64,000 nt of DNA from an uncultured Alphaproteobacteria bacterium (GTDB taxonomy: Bacteria > Pseudomonadota > Alphaproteobacteria > Rhizobiales > Xanthobacteraceae), in NCBI GenBank assembly GCA_963821785.1, contig CAWGFC010000005.1:27065-91064 (forward strand), in the 5' to 3' direction. The number at the start of each line of letters is the position of its first letter. The first letter of the stretch is position 1. Made by a program: the position numbers and the translations under genes. A model generated the notes under the pieces. It was not told the origin of the DNA. It ran no database searches and worked only from the letters and a program-made list of their open reading frames with translations. Shown piece after piece: positions 12,725-23,745 of the stretch.

Positions 12725-13198
12725 ATGGATAAGATTCCAATGACAGCGGCCGGCTATTCGACGCTCGAGGCCGAGCTCAAGCATTGTCAGCAGGTCGAGC
12801 GGCCGCGCATCATCCAGCAGATCACCGAGGCGCGCACGCACGGCGACCTGTCGGAGAACGCCGAATATCACGCCGCCAAGGAGCAGCAGTCGCTCAACGA
12901 AGGTCGCATCGCCGAGCTCGAGGACAAGCTCGCGCGCGCCGACGTGATCGACGTGTCGAAGCTGTCGGGCGACACCATCACCTTTGGCGCTACTGTGACG
13001 CTGGTCGACGAGGACACCGACGAGAAGAAGGTGTGGCAGATCGTCGGCGAGCCGGAGGCCAACGCCAAAGCGGGGCGGATTTCCGTCACCTCGCCGCTGG
13101 CGCGCGCGCTGATCGGCAAGACCAAGGGAGCGTCCGTCGAGGTCAACACGCCGGGCGGCGCCAAGGGCTATGAGGTGAAGAAGATCGAGTGGAAATAA
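12725..13198 (+). CDS. greA: Transcription elongation factor GreA
   Basis: [10 protein letters not shown] and [10 protein letters not shown] motifs; GGAGG RBS upstream. Confidence 0.97.
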   Translation: MDKIPMTAAGYSTLEAELKHCQQVERPRIIQQITEARTHGDLSENAEYHAAKEQQSLNEGRIAELEDKLARADVIDVSKLSGDTITFGATVTLVDEDTDEKKVWQIVGEPEANAKAGRISVTSPLARALIGKTKGASVEVNTPGGAKGYEVKKIEWK

Positions 13199-13224
13199 GC
13201 CGCGCGGCGCGCGAGCTTGCATTC

Positions 13225-13318
13225 GTCATGGCCGGGGTCGTGATCGCAAGTCGGGTTTACCCGACTTGCGACGCTCAAACAATGCGGAAGTCGCGCAAGC
13301 CCGACTTCCGATGCCATT
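13225..13318. repeat. REP/RIME-like palindromic element
   Basis: gtcatggccggg, then cgcaagtcggg-ttta-cccgacttgcg and cggaagtcg...cgacttccg hairpins. Confidence 0.7.
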
Positions 13319-13477
13319 ATTTTTCCGGCGCCGGCGATCGATTTTAACCAAAGATTTTCCTTAACGAATCCTTTTCAAAATCCCGCAAATGCGTCGGATC
13401 GGCTTAAAGGACCGCCCATGCCTGTGGTGTAAAAGCGTTTCACCGACAATTTTCCTCGCAAGATTTCGTCAGGTTGC

Positions 13478-14596
13478 ATGATAATCGCCGCGTTGATCGA
13501 CGAGTTGAACGGCGCGGTCGCCCACGGCACCGTCGGCCAGCGCGCCAAGATCGTCCACCGCCTTACCGAGCTTTTCGCTGCCGGAGCGGCCGACTATTCC
13601 GACGATCAGATCGGATTGTTCGACGACGTACTGATGCGGGTCGCTGCGACCATCGAGCTGTCGGCGCGCGCCACGCTGGCCAAGCGCCTGGCAAAAGAGC
13701 CGCGCGCGCCAATAAAAATCAGCCGCTTCCTGGCGTCCGACGACGCGATCGACGTGGCGAGACCCGTGCTCGAACATTCCCAGCGGCTGGACAGCGATAC
13801 GCTCATGGCCACCGCCCGCACCAAAAGCCAGCAGCATTTGCTCGCCATCTCGCGGCGCAACTCGCTCGACGAAGCGTTGACCGACGTGCTGGTCGAACGC
13901 GGCGACAAGTCCGTGGTGCTGAGCACCGCCGGCAATCCGGGCGCGCGATTTTCCGACAACGGCTACGCGCGGCTGACGACGCGGTCGGAATATGACGACG
14001 AGCTTGCCGCCTGCGTCGGCCTGCGGCGCGATATTCCGCGCCATCATTTGATGCGGCTTCTGGTCAAGGCCTCGCATACGGTGCGCCAAAAACTCGAGGC
14101 GGCAAATCCGTCGATGTCAGCATTGATCGAAGACGCCGTGTCCGAAGCCGCGGCCACGGTTCTCGGCAAGGCCAGCGTGGTCGTGCGCAACTATACGGCG
14201 GCACGCGGCCATATCGGGTCGCTGCGGGCGGCCGGCCGGCTTACCGAAAATGAAGTGGCGGAGTTCGCGAGATCCAATCAATTCGAAATGACGACGGCGG
14301 CGCTCGCGGCGCTTTGTGAATTGCCCATCGAGACGGTCGAGCAGGCGATGACTCACGATATGCCGGACGCCGTATTGATCATGGCCAAGGCGCTCGGCAT
14401 GTCGCGCGATACCGTCAAAATCATCCTGCGGATGCGCGCGCGCGGACGCGGCATTTCGCCGGGCGAACTTGAGCAGTGCCTTGAAACTTTCGGGCGGCTC
14501 TCGCCGTCGATCGCACGGCAAATCATCAAATGCCGGGACAACCCGTCGCTCGCGCTCGGCGCGCGATTCAGCCGCGCGGTGGCCGCCGTCGCATGA
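13478..14596 (+). CDS. DUF2336 domain protein
   Basis: LFDDVL...LA.DDAIDVARPVLEHS.RL...HLLAISRR...NPGARFS pattern typical of the family. Confidence 0.85.
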   Translation: MIIAALIDELNGAVAHGTVGQRAKIVHRLTELFAAGAADYSDDQIGLFDDVLMRVAATIELSARATLAKRLAKEPRAPIKISRFLASDDAIDVARPVLEHSQRLDSDTLMATARTKSQQHLLAISRRNSLDEALTDVLVERGDKSVVLSTAGNPGARFSDNGYARLTTRSEYDDELAACVGLRRDIPRHHLMRLLVKASHTVRQKLEAANPSMSALIEDAVSEAAATVLGKASVVVRNYTAARGHIGSLRAAGRLTENEVAEFARSNQFEMTTAALAALCELPIETVEQAMTHDMPDAVLIMAKALGMSRDTVKIILRMRARGRGISPGELEQCLETFGRLSPSIARQIIKCRDNPSLALGARFSRAVAAVA

Positions 14597-14632
14597 TCGG
14601 GGCCCGATCGGCCGCCTTGCGTTGAGCGCCGC

Positions 14633-16302
<1,670 letters not shown>

Positions 16303-16305
16303 ATC

Positions 16306-17217
16306 ATGGCCGCAACCAACAAGTCGATGGATTGGGACAAACTGAAGGTGTTCCACGCCGCGGCGGAAGCGGGCTCCTTCACGCACGCCGGCGAGCGGCT
16401 CGGCCTGTCGCAGTCGGCGGTGTCGCGCCAGGTGTCGGCGCTGGAAGGCGAGTTGTCGGTTTCGCTGTTCCACCGTCACGCGCGCGGGCTGATTCTCACC
16501 GAACAGGGCGAACTGCTCTACCGCACGGCGCACGAAGTGTTCATGAAGCTCGAGGCGGCGCGCACCAAGCTCACCGACAGCCGCGAGCGGCCGAACGGCG
16601 AATTGAAGGTGTCGACCACGCCGGGCATCGGCGTGCATTGGCTGACGCCGCGACTCGGCGAATTCCTCGATCTTTATCCCGACATCCACATCACCTTGAT
16701 CACCACCGACGACGAGCTCGATCTCGCCATGCGCGAGGCCGACGTCGCCATCCGCCTACGCCAGCCGACCCAGCCGGACCTGATTCAGCGCAAATTGTTT
16801 TCGGTCCATTTCCATACCTATGCCTCGCCGGACTATCTCAAGCGTTTCGGTACGCCGCGCACGCACGACGACCTCGACAAGCATCGGATAATTCTGCTTG
16901 GCGGCAACGTGCCGGCGCATTTCGCCAACCGGCGCTGGCTGGTCGAAGTCGGCCGCAACGGCAAGGGTCCGCGCCAGCCGCAACTGACCATCAACAACGT
17001 GCTCGGCGTGCTGCGCGCCTGCCAGCGCGGCCTCGGCATCGCGATGCTGCCCGACTATCTGGTCGAGGAGAACGGCGGGCTGGTGCAGCTGCTCGGCGAG
17101 GCCGACACGCTCGCGCTCGATGCCTATTTTGTCTATCCGGAAGAGCTCAAAGCGGTGGCCCGTATCCAGGTATTTCGCGATTTCTTGGTCGCCAACGCAC
17201 AGCGCTGGCATTTCTAA
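16306..17217 (+). CDS. lsrB: LysR-type regulator, LsrB/VtlR ortholog
   Basis: MDWDKLKVFHAAAEAGSFTHA N-terminus; lrp/trxB-LysR synteny as in Sinorhizobium, Agrobacterium and Brucella. Confidence 0.85.
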   Translation: MAATNKSMDWDKLKVFHAAAEAGSFTHAGERLGLSQSAVSRQVSALEGELSVSLFHRHARGLILTEQGELLYRTAHEVFMKLEAARTKLTDSRERPNGELKVSTTPGIGVHWLTPRLGEFLDLYPDIHITLITTDDELDLAMREADVAIRLRQPTQPDLIQRKLFSVHFHTYASPDYLKRFGTPRTHDDLDKHRIILLGGNVPAHFANRRWLVEVGRNGKGPRQPQLTINNVLGVLRACQRGLGIAMLPDYLVEENGGLVQLLGEADTLALDAYFVYPEELKAVARIQVFRDFLVANAQRWHF

Positions 17218-17307
17218 TTTTTACGCAAAAGAAATCCCGCAGCGGCGATTCCGCATGTCCGATATGCGAACAATTCGCGACTGAGCCTCCAAACGATTTG
17301 CGATTCA

Positions 17308-17322
17308 GCATGGCTGACATGC
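17308..17322 (+). promoter_or_regulatory. LsrB/VtlR binding site
   Basis: GCAT-ggc-TG-aca-T fits GCAT-N3-TG-N3-T and lies in a GCATG-N5-CATGC dyad just upstream of -35 TTGTTT (17334) / 17 nt / -10 CATAAT (17357). Confidence 0.65.
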
Positions 17323-17368
17323 GGCGCATGGCGTTGTTTGCACGGCATGCGCGCCGCATAATGGTTTT

Positions 17369-17491
17369 TCGCTGTAACGCTGGATGTTTCCTCCCAGAGT
17401 CACTGGCGTGCAGCATGTTCCCCTCTGGAATATTGCCGGTCCCCACACCGGCAACCTTCTAAACCGGGCTCCTTACGGGGCCCGGTTTTTT
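17369..17491 (+). ncRNA. AbcR-like (alpha-r15 family) small RNA
   Basis: CUCCCA loop (17391-96), GUUCCCCUCUGG (17417-28), extra hairpin with CCCCAC loop, rho-independent terminator at 17461-91; directly downstream of lsrB. Confidence 0.8.
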
Positions 17492-18058
17492 ATCAGGCGC
17501 CACGATCGCCGCATGCGACGAGCGACGTTGAACGAAGTCGCGTGACGTCGGCGTTAACATCGAATCACGCCTACACGCGATCATCCGCGAACGCTCGCTT
17601 GAGAATAAATTGGAAGGATATGCGCCGCATTTTTGTAGGCGATGTTTTTGACGAAATCGTTTGCCGCTCGACCGCGCGCTGCTTTTTTCGAAACGATGGC
17701 ATCGGATCTGAGCGCGCGTTGCTGGACCGCTCCGGCTGGCCATCATTCCGGTGTCATTGGCCTGCCCTATCCTGGGGGTTCGGTCTGCCCGCCATCACGA
17801 AGAAGTCATCGGGGGAAAACAGGCAAAACTGGTCCGGGAACCGGCCGCATTAGCGGCCGTTGCATTAGGTTAGAGCCTGCGGCAATGCGGAAAAGCATGC
17901 GAATCCGGGATTTCGTGCCCCTGTGCAAAATAGCCACAGTTGGCGTTTGTTTGGTCCTGCCTCGTTGGGAAAAGCGTAACTAACACAGGACTATGGGATA
18001 GTATGCCCGCGAAATCGGAGGCCCTGGGCCCTCTGTTCAGCCACTAGGAGACGTTCTG

Positions 18059-20047
18059 GTGAAAAGTGCTCGATTTAACCGACTGTTGGCCACGACCGCG
18101 CTTGGCTTGGCGCTGGTTTTGGGAAGCCATGCCGGCATGGCGCAACAATCCCAACAGCAGATCAATTCGGCCGTGCCGATGCCGAATACCGACCAGTTGC
18201 CGCCGCTGACAGCCCAGGACGTTACGGGCGCGCCCGCCGCCGCCCCGAAGGCCGAAATCAAGCAAGACGCCGCGGAGCCGGTGAAGGCCGCGGCCGCGCC
18301 GGTTGCTGCCCCGGTGTCCGCCACGGCAGACAGCGTGGTCGCCGACCAGTTGCGCGACATGATCTCCGGCAAACTCGACCATATTGTCAGCCGCAAAGCC
18401 GACCGCGAGGGCGCGGAGCAGTTCTACAAGGCGCGCGACTACAAGCCTCTCTGGGTAAGCGATGGAGCAGCCCGCGCGCGTGCCAAGGCCGCGATCGCCT
18501 ATCTTGGCCAGGTCGACACCGATGGGCTTAACCCGATCGATTATCCAACTCCGGACTTCAAGACTGCGACCACCGCCAGCGCACTCGCCGAGGACGAGCT
18601 CAAGCTCACCGCTTCGGTGCTCACTTATGCGCGCCACGCTCAGATCGGGCAAATTCACTTCAGCCGCGTCGGCGCCGACATCGACTTTAAGCTGGTCGCG
18701 CCGGAGCCGGCCGAGGTGCTGGCCAAGCTTGCCAGCGCCGCCGACGTGGGCGCGGCGCTCGACGGCTACAATCCGCCACAACCGGAATTCAAGGCGCTCA
18801 AGGAAAAGCTCGCCGAACTGCGCAAGGGTGCGCTCGCGCCCAAGGCCGAGGAAGAAAAGAAGCCGGACCTCGTGCGCATCAGCGAAGGCAAGACCTTGCA
18901 CTTCGGCATGAAGGACCCGCGCGTCGTGCAACTGCGCAAGCGCCTCGACGTCGCCGGCGACAAGAACAACCCGCTCTATGACGACGCGGTGCGCGACGCA
19001 GTGAAGACGTTCCAGACCCAGTCCGACATCGACGTCGATGGCAATCTGGGACCGAACACCTTGCGCGCGCTCAACGGCGAGAAGAAGGTCGCGCACGGCC
19101 CGATCGCCGATCCGATCGATACCGTCATCGTCAATATGGAGCGTTGGCGCTGGTTCCCGCGCGATCTTGGCAATCCGCACGTGGTCGTCAACGTGCCGGA
19201 TTACACGCTCACGCTCTATAACGACGGCAAGCCTTATTGGAAGAGCAAGATCGTCGCCGGCAAGCCCGGCAAAGCGACGCCGATGACCAGCGCGGAGATG
19301 AAATTCATCACCGTCAATCCGACTTGGAACGTGCCGCCGTCGATCATCGAGAACGAATATCTGCCGGCCCTGCAGCAGGACCCAGACGCGCTCGACCGCA
19401 TCGGCCTCAAGCTGACGCAGGACGCCGACGGCACCGTCCACATTTCGCAGCCGCCGGGCGCCGGCAATGCGCTCGGCCGCATCCGCTTCAACTTCCCCAA
19501 TAAGTTCCTGGTCTACCAGCATGACACGCCGGACAAATATCTGTTCGCCAAGGACAAGCGCGCTTACAGCCACGGCTGCATGCGGGTGCAGAATCCACTG
19601 ATCTACGGCGAGAAGCTGTTGTCACTGGTCGATCCGCAAGGGCACTACACCGCCGCGAAACTTGAGAGCATGTTCGGCGGCAGCGAGATCAACATCAACT
19701 TCCCGAAGAACATCTGGGTGCACCTGACCTATCAAACCGCCTTCGTGGATGAGGACGGCAAACTTCAGTTCCGCGACGACGTCTACGGCCGCGACGCCAG
19801 GATGATCGCCATCCTCAAGGGCAGCGAGCGCAAGGTCGCCGACATCGCGATCGAGCGTAAGCCGGACGCCTCCTCGAAGCCGGTGCGCATGCCGGTCGGC
19901 ATGTATGGCGGCGGCAACAGCTACGGCAGCAACGGCGGCTTCTTCGACTTCCTGTTCGGCGGCCCGCATTCGGCGCCGCAGCCGACCTACCGGCGCCCGC
20001 CGGCCGACCAGCGCATGGGCAACAACGGACGCTACTACTTCCGCTAA
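18059..20047 (+). CDS. YcbB/LdtD-type L,D-transpeptidase with peptidoglycan-binding domain
   Basis: Signal peptide, DGNLGPNT PG-binding motif, VNVPDY, NPTWNVP and HDT...SHGCMRV catalytic motif. Confidence 0.93.
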   Translation: MKSARFNRLLATTALGLALVLGSHAGMAQQSQQQINSAVPMPNTDQLPPLTAQDVTGAPAAAPKAEIKQDAAEPVKAAAAPVAAPVSATADSVVADQLRDMISGKLDHIVSRKADREGAEQFYKARDYKPLWVSDGAARARAKAAIAYLGQVDTDGLNPIDYPTPDFKTATTASALAEDELKLTASVLTYARHAQIGQIHFSRVGADIDFKLVAPEPAEVLAKLASAADVGAALDGYNPPQPEFKALKEKLAELRKGALAPKAEEEKKPDLVRISEGKTLHFGMKDPRVVQLRKRLDVAGDKNNPLYDDAVRDAVKTFQTQSDIDVDGNLGPNTLRALNGEKKVAHGPIADPIDTVIVNMERWRWFPRDLGNPHVVVNVPDYTLTLYNDGKPYWKSKIVAGKPGKATPMTSAEMKFITVNPTWNVPPSIIENEYLPALQQDPDALDRIGLKLTQDADGTVHISQPPGAGNALGRIRFNFPNKFLVYQHDTPDKYLFAKDKRAYSHGCMRVQNPLIYGEKLLSLVDPQGHYTAAKLESMFGGSEININFPKNIWVHLTYQTAFVDEDGKLQFRDDVYGRDARMIAILKGSERKVADIAIERKPDASSKPVRMPVGMYGGGNSYGSNGGFFDFLFGGPHSAPQPTYRRPPADQRMGNNGRYYFR

Positions 20048-20068
20048 AGGATCATCGTTCGCTCACGA

Positions 20069-20099
20069 GAACGCCGGCGAGAGCATCGCCGGCGTTTTT
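20069..20099 (+). terminator. Intrinsic terminator
   Basis: acgccggcga-gagca-tcgccggcgt followed by tttt. Confidence 0.8.
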
Positions 20100-20327
20100 G
20101 CTATAGGAGGCCGATAATCGTTGGTTTTTCACAAGGCCCCTGACGCATCTGGGCGCCGGATTTCACTTGCACGCGACATTTCGTTCCAAACCATGCGCCA
20201 GCAATCGCTTTTTTTGCCATCGGTCTGGCGCTTCCAACCCTGCGGCGCGATGCGATCGAAATGGCGCACCGTTTCATTTTGGGCGTAAGACGGTCGTTAA
20301 ATGGGCCGTGAAGACTTGTGACGAGGT

Positions 20328-21104
20328 TCATGCTTCCCACACTTTCCACGGCGCCGCGTTCGATTCCCACAGTCGCGTCAATTGCTGCTTGTCGCGCAGG
20401 GTATCCATCGGCTGCCAGAAGCCGTCGTGTTGCCAGGCGAAAAGCTGATCATTGGCGGCGAGATTTTCCATCGGTTCTCGCTCCCAAACGGTCGTATCGT
20501 CCTTGACGTAGTCGAGCGCCGAGGGGTCGAGCACGAAAAAGCCGCCGTTAATTAGGCCGCTTGCGGTCTGTGCCTTCTCCTCGAAGGCGGTCACTTTGGC
20601 GCCCGAAAGCACGATGCTGCCGAAGCGCGCCGGCGGCCGCACGCAAGCAACCGTAGCTTTGCGGCCGTGTTTTTTGTGGAATGCGATCTCTGCCGCGACG
20701 TCGATATTGGCGAGGCCATCGCCATAGGTCATGCAGAACGGCGCGCCGTCATCGAGATAGGGGCGCACGCGCTTGAGCCGCCCACCGGTCATCGTCTGGT
20801 CGCCGGTATCCACCAGCGTGATCCGCCATGGCTCGTTTCGACGATGATGGTACTCGATGTTATTGCCGACCAAGTCGATCGTTACATCGGCGCTGTGCAG
20901 GTGGTAATTGGCGAAATATTCCTTGATCATGTAGCCCCTGTAGCCGAGACAGACGACGAAGTCGGTCACGCCGTGGTGCGTATAGAGCTTCATGATGTGC
21001 CAGAGGATAGGCCGCTCGCCGATCTCGATCATCGGCTTGGGACGGAGACCCGTTTCCTCCGCCAGGCGGGTGCCCATGCCGCCCGCAAGAATGACGCATT
21101 TCAT
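20328..21104 (-). CDS. rfbF: Glucose-1-phosphate cytidylyltransferase
   Basis: LAGGMGTRLAEET...PKPMIEIG, LGYRG, TGGRLKR, TYGDG, INGGFF and HDGFWQPMDTLRDK motifs. Confidence 0.95.
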   Translation of the reverse strand: MKCVILAGGMGTRLAEETGLRPKPMIEIGERPILWHIMKLYTHHGVTDFVVCLGYRGYMIKEYFANYHLHSADVTIDLVGNNIEYHHRRNEPWRITLVDTGDQTMTGGRLKRVRPYLDDGAPFCMTYGDGLANIDVAAEIAFHKKHGRKATVACVRPPARFGSIVLSGAKVTAFEEKAQTASGLINGGFFVLDPSALDYVKDDTTVWEREPMENLAANDQLFAWQHDGFWQPMDTLRDKQQLTRLWESNAAPWKVWEA

Positions 21105-21372
21105 GCATCAGCTCTCTTTGTCCCGCGCCGCCAAGAAGCGGGGCCGCTGTTCGAAGTTGCGCGGTCTCGCAGACGAATTTTTAATGAAGCGCGGCATGCT
21201 ATAACCTGTTTCCCCGGCCCCTCCAAGTGGGTGCTAAGTGGCGCGTTTGCGCCGAGCGAAAGCGCGATGCTATGCACTCCGCTGCTTTTCGCGGAGGTGG
21301 ATCCGTCCCCAAAATAAGTCATTGATGTAGAATGTTAATTATTCTGTTGTGGGCTAAGAGGAGGGCGGTTTT

Positions 21373-21384
21373 GGCGGTAGCTCA
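21373..21384 (+). promoter_or_regulatory. ops-like element upstream of rfbG
   Basis: GGCGGTAGCtca (ops consensus GGCGGTAGnnTG), preceded by a second GGGCGGT. Confidence 0.3.
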
Positions 21385-21417
21385 GGAAGAACGAGGTTTA
21401 GGCGGAAGGGATTCCGG

Positions 21418-22488
21418 ATGAATGACTTTTGGACCGGCCGACGCGTGTTGGTGACAGGACATACGGGATTCAAGGGCGCCTGGCTTTGTTTGTGGCTTGA
21501 GCGCTTGGGGGCCGAGGTCGCGGCTTTCGCTCTGCCGCCGCAAACCGAGCCGAATCTTTATCGGCTGCTGTCTCCCTGGCCCGGCCAGCATCATCGCATC
21601 GCCGACCTGCGCGATTCGGCCGCTGTTACCGAAGCTGTGCGTGACGCGGCGCCGGAAGTGATCTTCCATCTCGCGGCGCAATCGCTGGTGCGCACGTCTT
21701 ACAGCGATCCGCTTAACACCTACGCTAGCAATGTTATGGGCACGCTGCATTTGCTGCTGGCGGCTCGCGATACGCCGGGTGTGCGGGCCGTCGTGGTCAC
21801 GACCACCGACAAGGTCTATGAGAACGACTTTAGCGGCGTCGCGTTTCGCGAGCACGACCGTCTCGGTGGCAAGGACCCCTACAGCGCGTCGAAAGCCTGC
21901 GCCGAGATCCTCACCGGTTCGTTTCGCGCAAGTTTCCTGTCGGGCAAGCGCCCCGCGGTCGCTACTGTGCGCGCCGGAAATGTGGTCGGCGGCGGCGACT
22001 GGTCGGACGACCGCCTGGTGCCGGACGTCGTGCGGGCTATCGCCGCAGGCCGCAAGGTCGCATTGCGCTATCCCGATGCGGTGCGCCCCTGGCAGCATGT
22101 GCTTGAGCCGTTGCGCGGCTATCTGGACCTGGCCGAGCGGCTGGTGCGCGAGCCTGCATCGATGCCGCCGGCGCTGAACTTCGGACCCGATCCGGGCAGT
22201 TGGCTCACCGTCGCGCAGGTGGCCGACGTGCTGGGCAAGGCGCTTGGCGTCGGGCCTGGCTGGGAGCGAGCCTCAGGCATCGCGCCGCCGGAGGCCGCAA
22301 CGCTCACGCTATCCTCGGGACTGGCGCGAAAAGTGCTGGGATGGAAGCCGTTCCTGTCGATGCAGGCGACCATTGATTGGACAGCCGATTGGTACAAGGC
22401 GCATCGCGCGGGCGGCTCGATGAAGACGGTGACGCTCGAGCAGATCGCCCGTTACGAAAAGCTCTGCCTGGAAGCGTCCGCCGCATGA
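21418..22488 (+). CDS. rfbG: CDP-glucose 4,6-dehydratase
   Basis: VTGHTGFKGAWL, HLAAQSLVR, TTDKVYEN, DPYSASK and RPWQHVLEPL motifs. Confidence 0.95.
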   Translation: MNDFWTGRRVLVTGHTGFKGAWLCLWLERLGAEVAAFALPPQTEPNLYRLLSPWPGQHHRIADLRDSAAVTEAVRDAAPEVIFHLAAQSLVRTSYSDPLNTYASNVMGTLHLLLAARDTPGVRAVVVTTTDKVYENDFSGVAFREHDRLGGKDPYSASKACAEILTGSFRASFLSGKRPAVATVRAGNVVGGGDWSDDRLVPDVVRAIAAGRKVALRYPDAVRPWQHVLEPLRGYLDLAERLVREPASMPPALNFGPDPGSWLTVAQVADVLGKALGVGPGWERASGIAPPEAATLTLSSGLARKVLGWKPFLSMQATIDWTADWYKAHRAGGSMKTVTLEQIARYEKLCLEASAA

Positions 22489-23729
22489 CCGTCCTCTCGC
22501 CTCCGCGGTGCCGTTTTTGCCATGAGCCGTTACGGGCCACCCTTGTCGATCTTGGCAACACGCCACTCGCCAACAGCTACCTTACCCGCGAGCAACTCGC
22601 CGCTCCGGAGCCAAGCTTCCCGCTGCATGCCAGGGTGTGTGCGGCATGCCGGTTGGTGCAGGTCGACGATGTTGCGGCGCCTGGCGACATATTCGGGCAC
22701 TATGCCTATTTCTCTTCGTTTTCCGCCTCTTGGGTCGAGCACGCACGCCGTTTCGCGGAAATGGCTGCGAAGCGTTGGCGTCTCGGCGCCGACAGTCTCG
22801 TCGTCGAGGTGGCGAGCAATGACGGTTATCTGCTGCGCCATTTCGTCGCGATGGGCGTGCCGGTCCTGGGAATAGAGCCAGCAGAAAATGTCGCCGCATC
22901 CGCGCGCGAGGCCGGAGTGACGACCGAGGTCTGCTTTTTCGGGCGTGCGACGGCAGAGCGATTGCGTGCGCAAGGGCGCACTGCCGATCTCATCGTCGGC
23001 AACAATGTGTTCGCGCACGTTCCCGACATAAATGATTTTGTCGAAGGCTTTGCCGTCCTGCTCAAGCCCGATGGCATGGTCAGTCTCGAATTCCCGCATG
23101 TCATGAAGCTGATCGAGATGACTCAGTTCGACACCATCTACCACGAGCACTTTTCGTATCTGTCGCTCTTTACAACGGAAAAGATCTTGGCCGCCCACGG
23201 GCTCAGAGTGTTCGATGTCGCTGAATTGCCGACGCATGGCGGCAGCCTCCGGGTGATGGCCGCGCGGGCGACAAGTCAAGCGCATGCCGAAGGCGAAGGG
23301 CTTGCCATGGTGCGGCGCGATGAAGCCGTGGCCGGCGTCGACAGCGATGCTTGTTATGCTGGGTTCGAGCCGAAGGTGCGCGCCGTGCGTGATGCACTGC
23401 TGGACTTCCTGCGTGGCGCCAAAACCGCGGGTAAAACCGTCGCCGCCTATGGCGCGGCGGCCAAGGGCAATACGCTGCTCAATTATTGCGGCATCGGCAC
23501 CGATCTAATCGACTATGTGGTCGACATCAGTCCGCACAAACAGAGCCTGTTCCTGCCCGGCAGCCGCTTGCCCATCCACGCGCCGTCGCGCTTGGCGGAG
23601 ACGAAGCCGGATTATGTGCTGATCCTGCCGTGGAACCTGAAGGATGAAATCATCGCGCAGATGCAGCATATTCGCGACTGGGGCAGCTGTTTTGTGATCA
23701 CCATTCCAACTCTGACCGTTCTTCCTTGA
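22485..23729 (+). CDS. NDP-hexose C3-methyltransferase-like SAM enzyme
   Basis: N-terminal CxxC...CxxC, VEVASNDG, YHEHFSY, THGGSLR and YGAAAKGNTLLN motifs; ATGA overlap with rfbG. Confidence 0.88.
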   Translation: MTVLSPPRCRFCHEPLRATLVDLGNTPLANSYLTREQLAAPEPSFPLHARVCAACRLVQVDDVAAPGDIFGHYAYFSSFSASWVEHARRFAEMAAKRWRLGADSLVVEVASNDGYLLRHFVAMGVPVLGIEPAENVAASAREAGVTTEVCFFGRATAERLRAQGRTADLIVGNNVFAHVPDINDFVEGFAVLLKPDGMVSLEFPHVMKLIEMTQFDTIYHEHFSYLSLFTTEKILAAHGLRVFDVAELPTHGGSLRVMAARATSQAHAEGEGLAMVRRDEAVAGVDSDACYAGFEPKVRAVRDALLDFLRGAKTAGKTVAAYGAAAKGNTLLNYCGIGTDLIDYVVDISPHKQSLFLPGSRLPIHAPSRLAETKPDYVLILPWNLKDEIIAQMQHIRDWGSCFVITIPTLTVLP

Positions 23730-23745
23730 GGCGAAAGGATAGCCC

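Noticed and set aside
13344-13365. TTAA pair upstream of the DUF2336 gene as a CtrA box
   Set aside because: Spacing is 13 nt rather than 7.
18044-19573. Long antisense or alternative-frame ORFs (for example 18044-19573, 9073-10536, 34172-35641, 47531-48643)
   Set aside because: Expected by-products of high GC3 codon bias opposite real genes; no family motifs.
20285-20295. gtaagacggtc recurs here and in the 5773 repeat
   Set aside because: An 11-bp match with no shared flanks; compatible with chance.
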